A stretch of DNA of 35,120 nt from Aquificaceae bacterium (lineage in GTDB: Bacteria; Aquificota; Aquificia; Aquificales; Aquificaceae). The translations under genes were made by a program, and so were the position numbers. The stretch spans positions 1 to 35,120 of the forward strand of contig JAXSMZ010000018.1 in the NCBI GenBank assembly GCA_037924335.1, in the 5' to 3' direction. The notes under the pieces were generated by a model. The model did no database searches. It was not told where the DNA came from and worked only from the letters and a program-made list of their open reading frames with translations. This document shows, piece by piece, positions 8,004 to 17,800 of the stretch. Position 1 is the stretch's first letter. Each line of letters begins with the position of its first letter.

Positions 8004-8651
8004 ATGAGTAGCAGGGAAGACAAGAAAAGGATCCTTCTGGAGATACTCAAAAGGCTTGAGAAAATCTATCCTGATAAGCTTGAGCTAAATTTTAGCACCC
8101 CTCTTGAGCTTTTGGTTGCTACCATCCTTGCAGCACAGACAACGGACGCAAAGGTAAACAAGCTAACAAAGGAGCTATTCAAAAAGTACTCAGATGCTAA
8201 GGACTATGCTAATGCTTCGTTGGAGGAACTAAGCCAAGATATAAGCTCTGTAAACTACTATAGGAACAAAGCCAAGTATATAAAAGAAGCCTGTAATATG
8301 ATAGTGGAGCAGTATAGGGGAGAAGTACCTAAAAGCATTGAGGAACTTACTAAGCTTCCAGGTGTGGGTAGAAAAACTGCCAACATAATTCTGTACAATG
8401 CTTACCGTATAACAGAGGGTATAGCTGTGGATACGCATACGTCAAGATTGAGTCAAAGGCTTGGGCTAACAAAGGAGGAAAAGCCAGAGAAGATAGAGAG
8501 AGACCTTATGGAAATAACTCCCAGAGAGTATTGGGGAAAACTTTCAAACCTCTTCATGCTACATGGAAGGCATGTATGCACTGCAAAAAGGCCCAAGCAC
8601 AGAGAGTGTGTTCTTTATGACCTTTGTCCTTCAAGAGACCTTGAGGCTTAA
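8004..8651 (+). CDS. nth: Endonuclease III
   Basis: LLVATILAAQTTD, HhH motif LPGVGRKTAN, AVDTH, Fe-S motif variant C-X6-H-X2-C-X5-C. Confidence 0.95.
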   Translation: MSSREDKKRILLEILKRLEKIYPDKLELNFSTPLELLVATILAAQTTDAKVNKLTKELFKKYSDAKDYANASLEELSQDISSVNYYRNKAKYIKEACNMIVEQYRGEVPKSIEELTKLPGVGRKTANIILYNAYRITEGIAVDTHTSRLSQRLGLTKEEKPEKIERDLMEITPREYWGKLSNLFMLHGRHVCTAKRPKHRECVLYDLCPSRDLEA

Positions 8652-9366
8652 GAAAAGATACGGTCAGCATGTAATCGTATCTCCTGGTGTCATAAAAGCC
8701 ATAGTCAAGCATGCAAATGTAAGGGAGGGAGAGACCATTGTGGAGATAGGACCAGGTACTGGAAACCTCACCGTAGAACTTTTGAACACACCCCTGAAAA
8801 AACTTCATCTTATAGAGCTAGATGAGGAGATGATACAGACGCTCAAAAAGAGGATAGCTGACGAGAGGGTGGAGTTTCATCACGCAGATGCTACTAAGTT
8901 CGACTTCTGTAAACTGGGTGATAGTGTGAAGCTCCTTGGAAACCTACCTTACAACGTAGCGAGCCTCATAATTGAAAACACAGTTTTTCATAAGGAGTGC
9001 ATCCCTTTTGCCCTGTACATGATACAGAAAGAGGTAGCTGAGAGACTCATCAAGGGTGGGTCCTGGCTCTCTATTTTTTTAAGAACCTTTTACAGCATAG
9101 AATACATCATGAGCGTTCCAGCAAGGTTCTTTAAACCCCCACCAAAGGTTCAGTCCAGTCTTATCAAGCTTACAAGGGATGAAAAAGCTAAGGTAGAGGG
9201 CTTGAAAAACTACAAAGCTTTTTTAGTAAAGCTGTATTCCATGAAAAGGAAAGCCATAAAAAGTAAAATAAGCCAAGACTTGCTCAAAAAGGCTGGTATA
9301 AACCCAATGGCGAGGGTTGAGGAGTTATCCCTAGAGAAAATTCTTTTTCTCTATGAGTGCCTGTGA
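8641..9366 (+). CDS. rsmA: 16S rRNA m6(2)A1518/1519 dimethyltransferase
   Basis: LKKRYGQH, EIGPGTG, GNLPYN, QKEVAERL, F.PPPKVQS. Start inferred at TTG 8641. Confidence 0.93.
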   Translation: MRLKKRYGQHVIVSPGVIKAIVKHANVREGETIVEIGPGTGNLTVELLNTPLKKLHLIELDEEMIQTLKKRIADERVEFHHADATKFDFCKLGDSVKLLGNLPYNVASLIIENTVFHKECIPFALYMIQKEVAERLIKGGSWLSIFLRTFYSIEYIMSVPARFFKPPPKVQSSLIKLTRDEKAKVEGLKNYKAFLVKLYSMKRKAIKSKISQDLLKKAGINPMARVEELSLEKILFLYECL

Positions 9367-9406
9367 TATAATAATAAGGCTTGCCCGATAAATCTTTAAA
9401 GGAGGT
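9364..9406 (+). promoter_or_regulatory. Extended -10 promoter and SD of bpsA
   Basis: TGaTATAAT at 9364-9372. AAGGAGGT at 9399-9406, 5 nt before the TTG start. Confidence 0.65.
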
Positions 9407-9411
9407 AGCGC

Positions 9412-10479
9412 TTGAATTTGTTGAACGATTTTGCCATAAAGGCAAGGGAAGAAAGCCAGGTTAGGATTTATAAAAAGAACATAGAGAGGGTTATATCCGC
9501 CTTACTAAAGAGCGGGGATTTCTGGGAAATTGTGGATATGTCAGATATTCCTGTTCCAGCAGCTTCTGGCATCGTTAAAGTGCTTGTAAAAGAAGGGTAC
9601 GCTTTCATAGATGATGAGGAAAACGTAAGACTAACTCAGAAAGGGTATGACCTAGTTAAAGAATATGGCATAGAGCCTTACCAAGACTATAGATGTCATG
9701 CTTGCGGTGGAAGGGGATTACCCTTTTATTCAGACTTAGAGCTTTACAGGAAATTTTTGCAACTTACAAAAGATAGACCAGAAGCCATAAGGGACTATGA
9801 CCAGGGTTCTGTGACACCAGAAACAACCATTTCAAGAGTGCTTTTTATAGATTCAAGGGGGGACCTCAGAAACAAAGACATTTTTGTTCTTGGTGCCGAG
9901 GATGACCTTACGGGCCTTGCTATAGCTTTAACTATGAAAGCAAGGAGCTTGCTCATCGTAGACATAGACAAAAGGCTAATAGATTTTGACAATAGAATAT
10001 TCAAGGAGCTTGGTATAGACAATGCGGAGGCAAAGGTATGGGACCTGAGAAATCCATTGCCGCAGGATATACTTGGGCATTACGATGTTTTTGTATCTGA
10101 CCCACCAGAAACACTTCCAGCCTTTAGGGCTTTTATAGGGAGAGGGATAGCCGCCTTGAAGGAAGACGGAGGGGTAGGTTATTTTGGATTAACGCTCAGA
10201 GATTCATCCATCTTCAGATGGAGAGATTTCCAAATATCCTTGACTACAGAGTTTGGAGTCGCTATAACTGACATAGTGCAGAATTTTAATGACTATGTTA
10301 CATGGAATTATCACAGTGAAACAAAGGCTGCAGAGATAGCTCCAGTCAAAAGACAGCCCAAAGGTACATGGTACAGGTCTTCTTGGTACAGGGTTGAGGC
10401 TCTTCCAGGATTCAAAAGATGGAATGAGCCCATATCAGAAGATGTCTTCTATCTTGATGAAGAAGGTTCTACTACTTGA
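9412..10479 (+). CDS. bpsA: Branched-chain polyamine synthase (N4-bis(aminopropyl)spermidine synthase, DUF43)
   Basis: CxxCxGRG, RP.AI.DYDQG.VTPETTISRV, RGDL..K, DIDKRLIDF, DPPET, FIGRGI..LK, WY.S..YR, YLDEE.STT. Confidence 0.88.
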   Translation: MNLLNDFAIKAREESQVRIYKKNIERVISALLKSGDFWEIVDMSDIPVPAASGIVKVLVKEGYAFIDDEENVRLTQKGYDLVKEYGIEPYQDYRCHACGGRGLPFYSDLELYRKFLQLTKDRPEAIRDYDQGSVTPETTISRVLFIDSRGDLRNKDIFVLGAEDDLTGLAIALTMKARSLLIVDIDKRLIDFDNRIFKELGIDNAEAKVWDLRNPLPQDILGHYDVFVSDPPETLPAFRAFIGRGIAALKEDGGVGYFGLTLRDSSIFRWRDFQISLTTEFGVAITDIVQNFNDYVTWNYHSETKAAEIAPVKRQPKGTWYRSSWYRVEALPGFKRWNEPISEDVFYLDEEGSTT

Positions 10480-10504
10480 CACTGCATGATTTATCTTTTA
10501 TAAT
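10476..10504 (+). promoter_or_regulatory. Perfect-consensus sigma70 promoter for tRNA-Glu/gyrB
   Basis: TTGACA (10476-10481), 17 nt, TATAAT (10499-10504). Confidence 0.88.
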
Positions 10505-10517
10505 CTTTTTAAGGTTA

Positions 10518-10593
10518 GCCCCCATCGTCTAGCCTGGTCTAGGACACCGCCCTTTCAAGGCGGAGATCGCGGGTTCGAATCCCGCTGGGGGTG
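10518..10593 (+). tRNA. tRNA-Glu(TTC), no encoded CCA
   Basis: GCCCCCA/TGGGGGT acceptor stem, CCGCC-CTTTCAA-GGCGG anticodon arm, GCGGG-TTCGAAT-CCCGC T arm, discriminator G. Confidence 0.97.
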
Positions 10594-10602
10594 TATTTAA
10601 AC

Positions 10603-12984
10603 ATGAAAGGAATGAAAGAAAAAGTGATCATTCAGACCTATCAAGCAGAGGATATAAAAGCCGTTACAGGACTTGAACACGTCAGGCTAAGACCCTCTAT
10701 GTACATAGGAGACACGGGAGAAAGAGGGCTTCACCATCTTCTTTGGGAAATTTTGGACAATGCCGTTGACGAGCATATGGCTGGTTATGCAAAGAATATT
10801 GTGGTTGTGTTGCACGAAGATGGTTCTGTGAGCGTTGAGGATGACGGAAGGGGTATACCCGTTGACCTTCATCCAGAGACTGGTATTCCAGCCGTGGAGA
10901 TGGTTTTTACCATGCTTGGAGCTGGGGGTAAGTTTGATAAGAAGGTCTACAGGTACTCTGGTGGACTCCACGGTGTTGGTGCTTCTGTTGTTAATGCCCT
11001 ATCTGAGTGGCTTGTGGTTGAAATCTACAGAGATGGAAAGATAAGCAGGCAGGAGTACAGAAGGGGAAAGCCCCTTTATGGTGTTAAAACGATAGGTACA
11101 ACAACAAAGAGGGGTACAAGGGTAATATTCAAACCAGACCCAGATATATTTGAGACTAACAAGATAAAGTTTGACCTGGTTGAAAGAAGAATAAGGGAGC
11201 TCGCCTATCTAAACCCAGGATGCAGCTTTAGGCTCATCGATGAAAGGACGGATAAGGATCTCGCTTACAGGTTTGAGAAAGGTATAGAAGACTTGGTGAG
11301 GTTTCTATCAACCGGTAAAGAGTATCTTTTTGAAAGTATCATAAGGATAGATGAGGAGAGAGAAGGCGTTCATGTAAATGTAGCCTTTGTTTATACAAAG
11401 GACTATAAGGAAGTCATAGAGAGCTTTGTGAACAACATAAAGACCATAGAGGGGGGGACTCATGTAACAGGATTCAGGAGTGGTCTTACAAAAGCAGTAA
11501 TGAGAACTTTGCCCAACTTAAAGCTCCAAAAGGACCTTAGGGAGACCATAACTGGTGAAGACCTCAGAGAGGGGTTAGTGGCCGTCGTATCCTGCAAAGT
11601 ACCAGAACCCCAGTTTGAAGGGCAGACAAAAACAAAGCTTGGAAACCAAAACGTAAAAAACATAGTAGAGTCTGTAGTTTATGAATATCTTTCTGGATTT
11701 CTTGATGACAACAGAGACATAAACAGGCTCATAGTGGAGAAGGCTGTAGAGGCAGCCTTGGCAAGAGAGGCTGCAAAGAAGGCAAAGGAGCTTGTAAGAA
11801 GAAGGTCACCCCTTGAAGATACTACGCTGCCTGGTAAGCTAGCCGATTGCTCTGAAAAAGACCCAGAAAGGTGTGAGATATTCATAGTTGAAGGAGAGTC
11901 TGCTGGTGGTTCAGCAAAGCAGGGAAGGGATAGAAGAACCCAAGCCATACTCCCCCTTAGGGGAAAGATACTCAACGTGGAAAAGGCAAGGTTGGATAAG
12001 GTGTTTTCCAACGAGGAGATAAAAGCAATAGTCAGCTCCGTGGGGTGCGGTATAGGGGATGATATGGACCTTTCAAAGCTCAGGTACCACAAGATAATAC
12101 TCATGACGGATGCCGATGTAGACGGTTCCCACATAAGAACTCTACTTTTGGCCTTCTTCTACAGATACATGCCTAAGCTTATACAGGAGGGCTACCTTTA
12201 TATAGCACAGCCGCCCCTTTACAGGTTAAAGAAGGGTAAAAGGGTTGTTTACTTAAAGGATGAGAAGGAACTTGAAAACTTCCTTCTAGAACAAATAAAG
12301 AAGGAAGGGAAGCTTGTAGACGCAGAAGGTAAAGAGTACACTGGCGATGACCTTTTGAGACTTCTCAAAGAGGTAAAGGAGTTTGAGGAAAGCTATAAGT
12401 CTGTCCTTAGGAGGAAGGGTGAGGACATTTTGAAGGCTCTTCTTGAGATAAAACTTACTGAAGAAGACCTAAGGGATACAGAGCTTCTCTCTAAAAAGGT
12501 AAAACTTCTCCAGGACAGACTTCCCAGCTTAAACGTAGATGTCAAGTACGATGATCATAACTCTTCTCACGATATCATCCTTAGGGACACAAAGAGGGAT
12601 AGAGTGGTTATCATAGATGTAGACTTTCTTTCCTCCTTAGCGTACAAATCTATACTTTCTGGCTTCCGTATAAAAAATCCCATAAAGCTCGTGCTGGAAA
12701 ATAGAACAAAGACCGTGGAGAGCTTTTACAATATAAACAGCTCCTTTCTCGAGCTTGCTCAGGAGGATTTTGAAGTTCAAAGGTACAAAGGTTTGGGAGA
12801 GATGAACCCAGAGCAACTCTGGGAAACAACGATGAACCCGAGTACAAGGAGGCTCGTCAGAGTGACCATAGAGGATGCTGCCGAAGCAGACAGGATCTTT
12901 ACCATACTTATGGGGGAAGATGTAGAACCAAGGAGAGAGTTTATAGAGGCCTATGCCAAAGAGGTGAGAAATCTGGATGTTTAA
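10603..12984 (+). CDS. gyrB: DNA gyrase subunit B (long form with Toprim insertion)
   Basis: RPSMYIG, EILDNAVDE, DDGRGIP, GGLHGVG, EGESAGGSAK, PLRGK, DADVDG, QRYKGLGEM. Start is 10603 or 10612, because GTG 10591 lies inside the tRNA. Confidence 0.95.
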   Translation: MKGMKEKVIIQTYQAEDIKAVTGLEHVRLRPSMYIGDTGERGLHHLLWEILDNAVDEHMAGYAKNIVVVLHEDGSVSVEDDGRGIPVDLHPETGIPAVEMVFTMLGAGGKFDKKVYRYSGGLHGVGASVVNALSEWLVVEIYRDGKISRQEYRRGKPLYGVKTIGTTTKRGTRVIFKPDPDIFETNKIKFDLVERRIRELAYLNPGCSFRLIDERTDKDLAYRFEKGIEDLVRFLSTGKEYLFESIIRIDEEREGVHVNVAFVYTKDYKEVIESFVNNIKTIEGGTHVTGFRSGLTKAVMRTLPNLKLQKDLRETITGEDLREGLVAVVSCKVPEPQFEGQTKTKLGNQNVKNIVESVVYEYLSGFLDDNRDINRLIVEKAVEAALAREAAKKAKELVRRRSPLEDTTLPGKLADCSEKDPERCEIFIVEGESAGGSAKQGRDRRTQAILPLRGKILNVEKARLDKVFSNEEIKAIVSSVGCGIGDDMDLSKLRYHKIILMTDADVDGSHIRTLLLAFFYRYMPKLIQEGYLYIAQPPLYRLKKGKRVVYLKDEKELENFLLEQIKKEGKLVDAEGKEYTGDDLLRLLKEVKEFEESYKSVLRRKGEDILKALLEIKLTEEDLRDTELLSKKVKLLQDRLPSLNVDVKYDDHNSSHDIILRDTKRDRVVIIDVDFLSSLAYKSILSGFRIKNPIKLVLENRTKTVESFYNINSSFLELAQEDFEVQRYKGLGEMNPEQLWETTMNPSTRRLVRVTIEDAAEADRIFTILMGEDVEPRREFIEAYAKEVRNLDV

Positions 12985-13771
12985 AAGGGCAATAGTAGGG
13001 GTAGATGGTTCAAAGGCTGGATGGACAGCTGTAGAGTATGCTTTCGAATTTGGAAAGAGGTTGGATATACCGGTATTGGGCTTGCATGTTGTGGATGAAA
13101 GGCTTATAGATGAGAGTTTTTTGGAGGACCTTGCCGGTGTGCTTGGTTTTACCTTCTACTATGGAATATCTGCAAAGGTAAAGGAATTTTTGGAAACTCA
13201 AGCTGATGCAGTGCTTGATGAGTTCCTGGCCCTCGGTAGGAAGAGAGGGGTTAAGGTCTCCTCCTTTCAAGCAGTTGGAGTTCCGTACAGGGAGGTACTG
13301 TCCCAAGCAGATAAGGAGGATATTATATTTTTAGGGAAAAGGGGTAAAAGACCCATAAGAGGCTTTCTCTTAGGTTCAAACAGTGAGATAATTGCAAGAA
13401 GGTCTCCTTGTCCCATCTTTCTTTCACAGGAAGAATACAGAGATATAAAAAAGGTATGTTTAGCATACGATGGACAAGATATATCCAAAAAAGCACTTAA
13501 CATGCTTAAAAGGCTCAAAACCCTCTTCGGTTTTGAAATAAACGTCATTCATGTGGGTGAAGAGGATCTTCAAAAGGAGATAGGAGATGTGGATAGGTAT
13601 GAGAACCTAAAAGGTCTTCCAGAGGAGAAGATAACGCAGTACTGTGAAGAAGGCATGGATATGCTTGTGATGGGAGCCTTTTCTAAGGGAAGGCTTAAGG
13701 AAAGTGTCTTTGGCAGTGTTACAAGCTTTGTCTTGCATCATGTGAACATCCCTGTTTTTCTGGTGAAGTGA
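12977..13771 (+). CDS. Tandem-domain universal stress protein
   Basis: AIVGVDGS, GKRG...LLGSNSE.IAR.SPCP, LAYDG, LVMGAFS..RLKE.VFGSVT..VL....IPVF. Confidence 0.9.
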   Translation: MFKRAIVGVDGSKAGWTAVEYAFEFGKRLDIPVLGLHVVDERLIDESFLEDLAGVLGFTFYYGISAKVKEFLETQADAVLDEFLALGRKRGVKVSSFQAVGVPYREVLSQADKEDIIFLGKRGKRPIRGFLLGSNSEIIARRSPCPIFLSQEEYRDIKKVCLAYDGQDISKKALNMLKRLKTLFGFEINVIHVGEEDLQKEIGDVDRYENLKGLPEEKITQYCEEGMDMLVMGAFSKGRLKESVFGSVTSFVLHHVNIPVFLVK

Positions 13772-13772
13772 T

Positions 13773-14441
13773 ATGAGTAAGCTGTACGTTGTATCTACAC
13801 CCATAGGCAACTTGAGAGATATAACTCTCAGGGCTTTGGATGTTTTGAGGGAGGTAAACTTTATAGCCTGCGAAGACACAAGAAGGACTAGCATACTCCT
13901 CAATCATTTCAAGATAGAAGGGAAAAAGCTCCTTTCTTATTATGAACCTAAAGAGAGCGTCCAGGTGCCAAAGATCCTAAAGCTTCTTGAGAAAGAGAGC
14001 GTTGCTCTTGTTACAGACTCTGGTACTCCAAGCATATCGGACCCAGGTTATAGGCTTATAAGGGCATGTATAGATAGGGGGCTACCCGTTGAAGTTGTTC
14101 CAGGTCCAAGTGCTGTTCTTACAGCTTTGGTTGGTTCTGGACTTCCAACTGATAGGTTCTTATTTGTGGGCTTTCTACCAAGAAAGGGGCTTTCTAACTT
14201 TTTCAAGGAGCTACAAGCATACAAAGATGTTACTGTGATCGCCTTTGAGTCTCCCAACAGAGTGGTCAAAAGCCTTGGGATTATAAAAGAAGTTTACGGC
14301 GATAGCATCCCCTTCTGTGTAGCAAGGGAGCTTACTAAGGTTTATGAGGAGTTTGTGCGCGGAGACCTGGCTTACGTGCTAAAAGAGCTAACGGAGAGGA
14401 AGGAGATAAAAGGGGAAATTGTTATCCTTTGGAGACTTTAG
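13773..14441 (+). CDS. rsmI: 16S rRNA C1402 2'-O-methyltransferase
   Basis: LYVVSTPIGNLRDITLRA, CEDTR, D.GTP.ISDPG, FESPNR, RELTK.YEE, KGEIV. Confidence 0.95.
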   Translation: MSKLYVVSTPIGNLRDITLRALDVLREVNFIACEDTRRTSILLNHFKIEGKKLLSYYEPKESVQVPKILKLLEKESVALVTDSGTPSISDPGYRLIRACIDRGLPVEVVPGPSAVLTALVGSGLPTDRFLFVGFLPRKGLSNFFKELQAYKDVTVIAFESPNRVVKSLGIIKEVYGDSIPFCVARELTKVYEEFVRGDLAYVLKELTERKEIKGEIVILWRL

Positions 14442-14466
14442 GTCAAAAAAGTATTAACTTATAAGT

Positions 14467-16566
14467 ATGAGTATTACAACAGAAAAGACAAAAGTAGACA
14501 AGCTTTTGGAGCTTATAAGGGATGAGGACAGAGAGAAAGTAAAGAAAGCCATAGAGTTCATCGAAGAAAAACATGGAGGACAGATAAGAGCATCTGGAGA
14601 CCCATACATTGTTCATCCTATGGAAGTTGCCACGGTACTTGCCCAGATGGGACTTGATAGGTACACAATCATCTCTGGACTTCTTCACGACGTTTTGGAA
14701 GATACTCAGGCAACTTACAACGAGGTCAAAGATAAGTTTGGAAAATGTGTGGCAGATATCGTCGAGGGTGTTACAAAGCTTGGAAAGTTTACTTTGAAGG
14801 ATACAGAGAGGCAGAAGGCTGAAAACTACAGGAAACTTCTCCTCGCAACGGCAAAGGACCCAAGGGTTATCCTTGTCAAGCTAGCGGACAGGCTTCATAA
14901 CATGAAAACTCTCAACTATTTAAGAAGAGAAAAACAGATAAGGATAGCCAAAGAGACGCTTGAGATATACGTACCCATAGCCAACAGGCTTGGCGTTTGG
15001 AGAATAAAGACAGAGCTTGAAGACCTTTGCTTTATGTACCTTTATCCCTCTGAGTATGAGAAGGTGAAGAATTTTGTTGGGAAAAGCAGAAAAGAGCTGG
15101 AGGAGTATCTAAAGAGAAGCTTTACACCTGTTATGATGGAAGCACTGAAGAATGCTAAGGTTCAAGCTCACATCACATACAGGCCAAAACATCTCTATGG
15201 CATCTGGCAGAAGACTTTAAGGAAATCTATAAAGCTTGAGGATGTCCATGACATACTGGGTGTTAGGGTGATAGTGAACACTGTGCAGGAGTGCTATCTA
15301 GTGCTTGGTATTGTACACAGCGCTTTCAAACCCGTGCCAGGTAAGTTTGACGATTACATATCCCTTCCAAAGCCTAACCTATACCAGTCCCTTCATACCA
15401 CAGTCATGGGTCCAAAGGGAAGGCTTGTTGAAGTACAGATAAGAACGTGGGAAATGCACGAAAGGGCAGAGAAGGGTATTGCTGCACATTGGGCTTATAA
15501 GGAGAGAAAAAGTGTAAAGGAAAACAGCGTTTATGCATGGTTAAGGAGCATGGTAGAGAGTATTCAGGGAAGCAAAAACCCAAAAGAGCTAATGGAAAAT
15601 ATGAAATTGGAGCTTTTCTCAGAAGAGGTCTTTGTGTTCACCCCAAAGGGGGACCTAATAGTACTTCCAAAAGGTGCCACACCAGTTGACTTTGCCTATC
15701 ATATACATACAGATATAGGAAACCAATGCGCTGGTGCTAAAGTGAACGGAAGGATAGTTTCTTTGGACTACAAGCTCCAAAATGGCGATATGGTAGAGAT
15801 AATAACTAACCCAAACAAAAAGCCAAACTCAGAGTGGCTGAAGTTCGTCGTAACATCAAAGGCGAGAAGCAAAATAAAGGCTTACTTAAAGGATATGGAG
15901 AGGGAAAGGTACATCCAAGAGGGGAGGCTAAAGCTCGAGAAGTTTCTTCTAAAGTTTGGTGTTCAAAGGGAAGAACTTTTAGAGAAGCTAATGAGGGAGC
16001 TGAACCTAAAGAACGAAGAGCAGGTCTTGATAGCTATAGGCAGCGATAGAGTGAGTAAGGAAAAAGTCTACAGCATATTTCAACCAAAAGTAAAAGAAAG
16101 CCAAAGAGAAGAAAGAAAAGAAGACCTGCTTATCATAGATGGGCTTGGAGGAGTTTTGCACTCTACAGCCGAATGCTGCAACCCGTTGCCTGGAGAAAAG
16201 GTTTACGGTGTTATAACGAAAGGGAAGGGTCTAGTCATACATTCAAGTGAGTGTCCCAACTTACAGTACTTACAGAGGAACTTGCCGGAAAAAGTGATCC
16301 CCGTCCTTTGGAAGAGCTGGGAGGGTAAACATCCAGTAAGAATAAGGTTGACGGTGAAAGACAGGGTAGGTATCCTTGCAGAGGTAACATCAACCATATC
16401 CAAAACTGGGGCCAACATACTTGAAGCTAAAACAAAGAGTAACGCTACTGGGGAAGCTTTTATGGAGTTTCTTGTAGAAGTGGAGAGCTACCAATTCCTA
16501 TTAAAGCTCTTGGATGCGCTGAGACTTGTAGAGGGAGTAGAACTGTGCAGAAGAGCTTTTGGATGA
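14467..16566 (+). CDS. rel: Bifunctional (p)ppGpp synthetase/hydrolase (Rel/SpoT)
   Basis: Intact HD hydrolase (LLHDVLED, KLADRLHNM), synthetase (YQSLHT, EVQIRT), TGS, CCNP zinc finger, ACT domain. Confidence 0.95.
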   Translation: MSITTEKTKVDKLLELIRDEDREKVKKAIEFIEEKHGGQIRASGDPYIVHPMEVATVLAQMGLDRYTIISGLLHDVLEDTQATYNEVKDKFGKCVADIVEGVTKLGKFTLKDTERQKAENYRKLLLATAKDPRVILVKLADRLHNMKTLNYLRREKQIRIAKETLEIYVPIANRLGVWRIKTELEDLCFMYLYPSEYEKVKNFVGKSRKELEEYLKRSFTPVMMEALKNAKVQAHITYRPKHLYGIWQKTLRKSIKLEDVHDILGVRVIVNTVQECYLVLGIVHSAFKPVPGKFDDYISLPKPNLYQSLHTTVMGPKGRLVEVQIRTWEMHERAEKGIAAHWAYKERKSVKENSVYAWLRSMVESIQGSKNPKELMENMKLELFSEEVFVFTPKGDLIVLPKGATPVDFAYHIHTDIGNQCAGAKVNGRIVSLDYKLQNGDMVEIITNPNKKPNSEWLKFVVTSKARSKIKAYLKDMERERYIQEGRLKLEKFLLKFGVQREELLEKLMRELNLKNEEQVLIAIGSDRVSKEKVYSIFQPKVKESQREERKEDLLIIDGLGGVLHSTAECCNPLPGEKVYGVITKGKGLVIHSSECPNLQYLQRNLPEKVIPVLWKSWEGKHPVRIRLTVKDRVGILAEVTSTISKTGANILEAKTKSNATGEAFMEFLVEVESYQFLLKLLDALRLVEGVELCRRAFG

Positions 16567-16572
16567 GGTATC

Positions 16573-17595
16573 ATGAGGAGCGTATGGTTCCATGCGGCAA
16601 GCGTTGGGGAGTTCAACACGGCAAAGCCTATACTAAAAGAGTTAAAGAAGGAATTTTATATCACGCTGACTTACTTCTCTCCGAGAGCAAAGGATTATCT
16701 TCAAAAAAACAATGAGTACTACCATTCTCTTGAGAGAATTCCCTTTGACCTTCCCTTTACTGTAAAAAGGTTTGAGGAGAAGATAAAGCCAGAAGTTATA
16801 CTGATAGTTGAGAGGGAACTTTGGCCTTCGCTTCTTCTTTTTACAAAGTCAAAGAAGGTCCTGATAAATGCCTACGCAAAAGGTGGGGTCTATGAGAGGT
16901 TTATAACTAGAAGGCTTGACCTTATTCTTACAAGGACGAAGGAGGACAGAGAAAGGTTTGAAAGGTATGGATGTAAGAGGGTTTTTGCATGTGGAAATCT
17001 AAAGTTTGTCTTTGATGTAAGAGAGTCAAAGAAGTTAGACATGAATATAGAAGGTAACAGGCTCATAGTTGCAGGAAGCACTCACGAGGGGGAGGAAGAG
17101 CTTATCCTAAAGGTTTTTAGAAGGATAAGGGAGGCTTTACCAGATACGAAGCTAATAATTGCTCCAAGGCACATAAGCAGGGCTGAACATGTTCTTAGCC
17201 TTGCAAAAGGTTTTAAGGCTTGTCTTAGAAGTTCGAGGGCTTTTGACTGGGACGTTCTCATTGTTGACACTCTTGGTGAGCTTTTTGAACTTTACTCAGT
17301 AGCTGACGTGGCCTTTGTTGGCGGTACCTTTTTACCAGTAGGTGGACATAACCTTTTGGAACCTGTCTACCATGGCAAGCCTGTGGTTTTTGGTAAAAAT
17401 ATAAAAAAAGTCAAAGATATGGCGGATTATATATTGAAAAACCAAGCAGGCTACATGGCTAAAGACCAAGAAGAACTTTTTGAAATCATGTTAGGGCTTC
17501 TTTCAGGCAGTAGAAGCTACAATGTGCTGGATATAAAAGGAGAATCTGAAAGTATAAAACTTTGCTACATGAAAAAAATAAGAGAAATGCTATAA
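16573..17595 (+). CDS. waaA: Kdo transferase without N-terminal TM anchor
   Basis: WFHAASVGE, E.ELWP, GNLKF, AGSTHEGEE, APRH, DTLGEL, GGHNLLEP. Confidence 0.95.
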   Translation: MRSVWFHAASVGEFNTAKPILKELKKEFYITLTYFSPRAKDYLQKNNEYYHSLERIPFDLPFTVKRFEEKIKPEVILIVERELWPSLLLFTKSKKVLINAYAKGGVYERFITRRLDLILTRTKEDRERFERYGCKRVFACGNLKFVFDVRESKKLDMNIEGNRLIVAGSTHEGEEELILKVFRRIREALPDTKLIIAPRHISRAEHVLSLAKGFKACLRSSRAFDWDVLIVDTLGELFELYSVADVAFVGGTFLPVGGHNLLEPVYHGKPVVFGKNIKKVKDMADYILKNQAGYMAKDQEELFEIMLGLLSGSRSYNVLDIKGESESIKLCYMKKIREML

Positions 17596-17800
17596 TCCTT
17601 AAGAAATACTTTAGTTAAGAAATTCTTTCGTAAGAGCACTAAGGGAGAAAAAAGGACCCTTGCAGGCTTTATCTTACCTTCTTTAAAAACAAAACAATGT
17701 TGTATATTTCCCTTTGACGAGTGGTATAAGTGTCTTTGGAGTAAGACACTGGAGTTGGGTGAGAAAAGTAGATATTTGCAGTCAGCCCCTAAACCTGAGG

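Noticed and set aside
8563..8640. Long nth/rsmA overlap
   Set aside because: RsmA similarity begins at RLKKRYGQH, so the start is near 8641.
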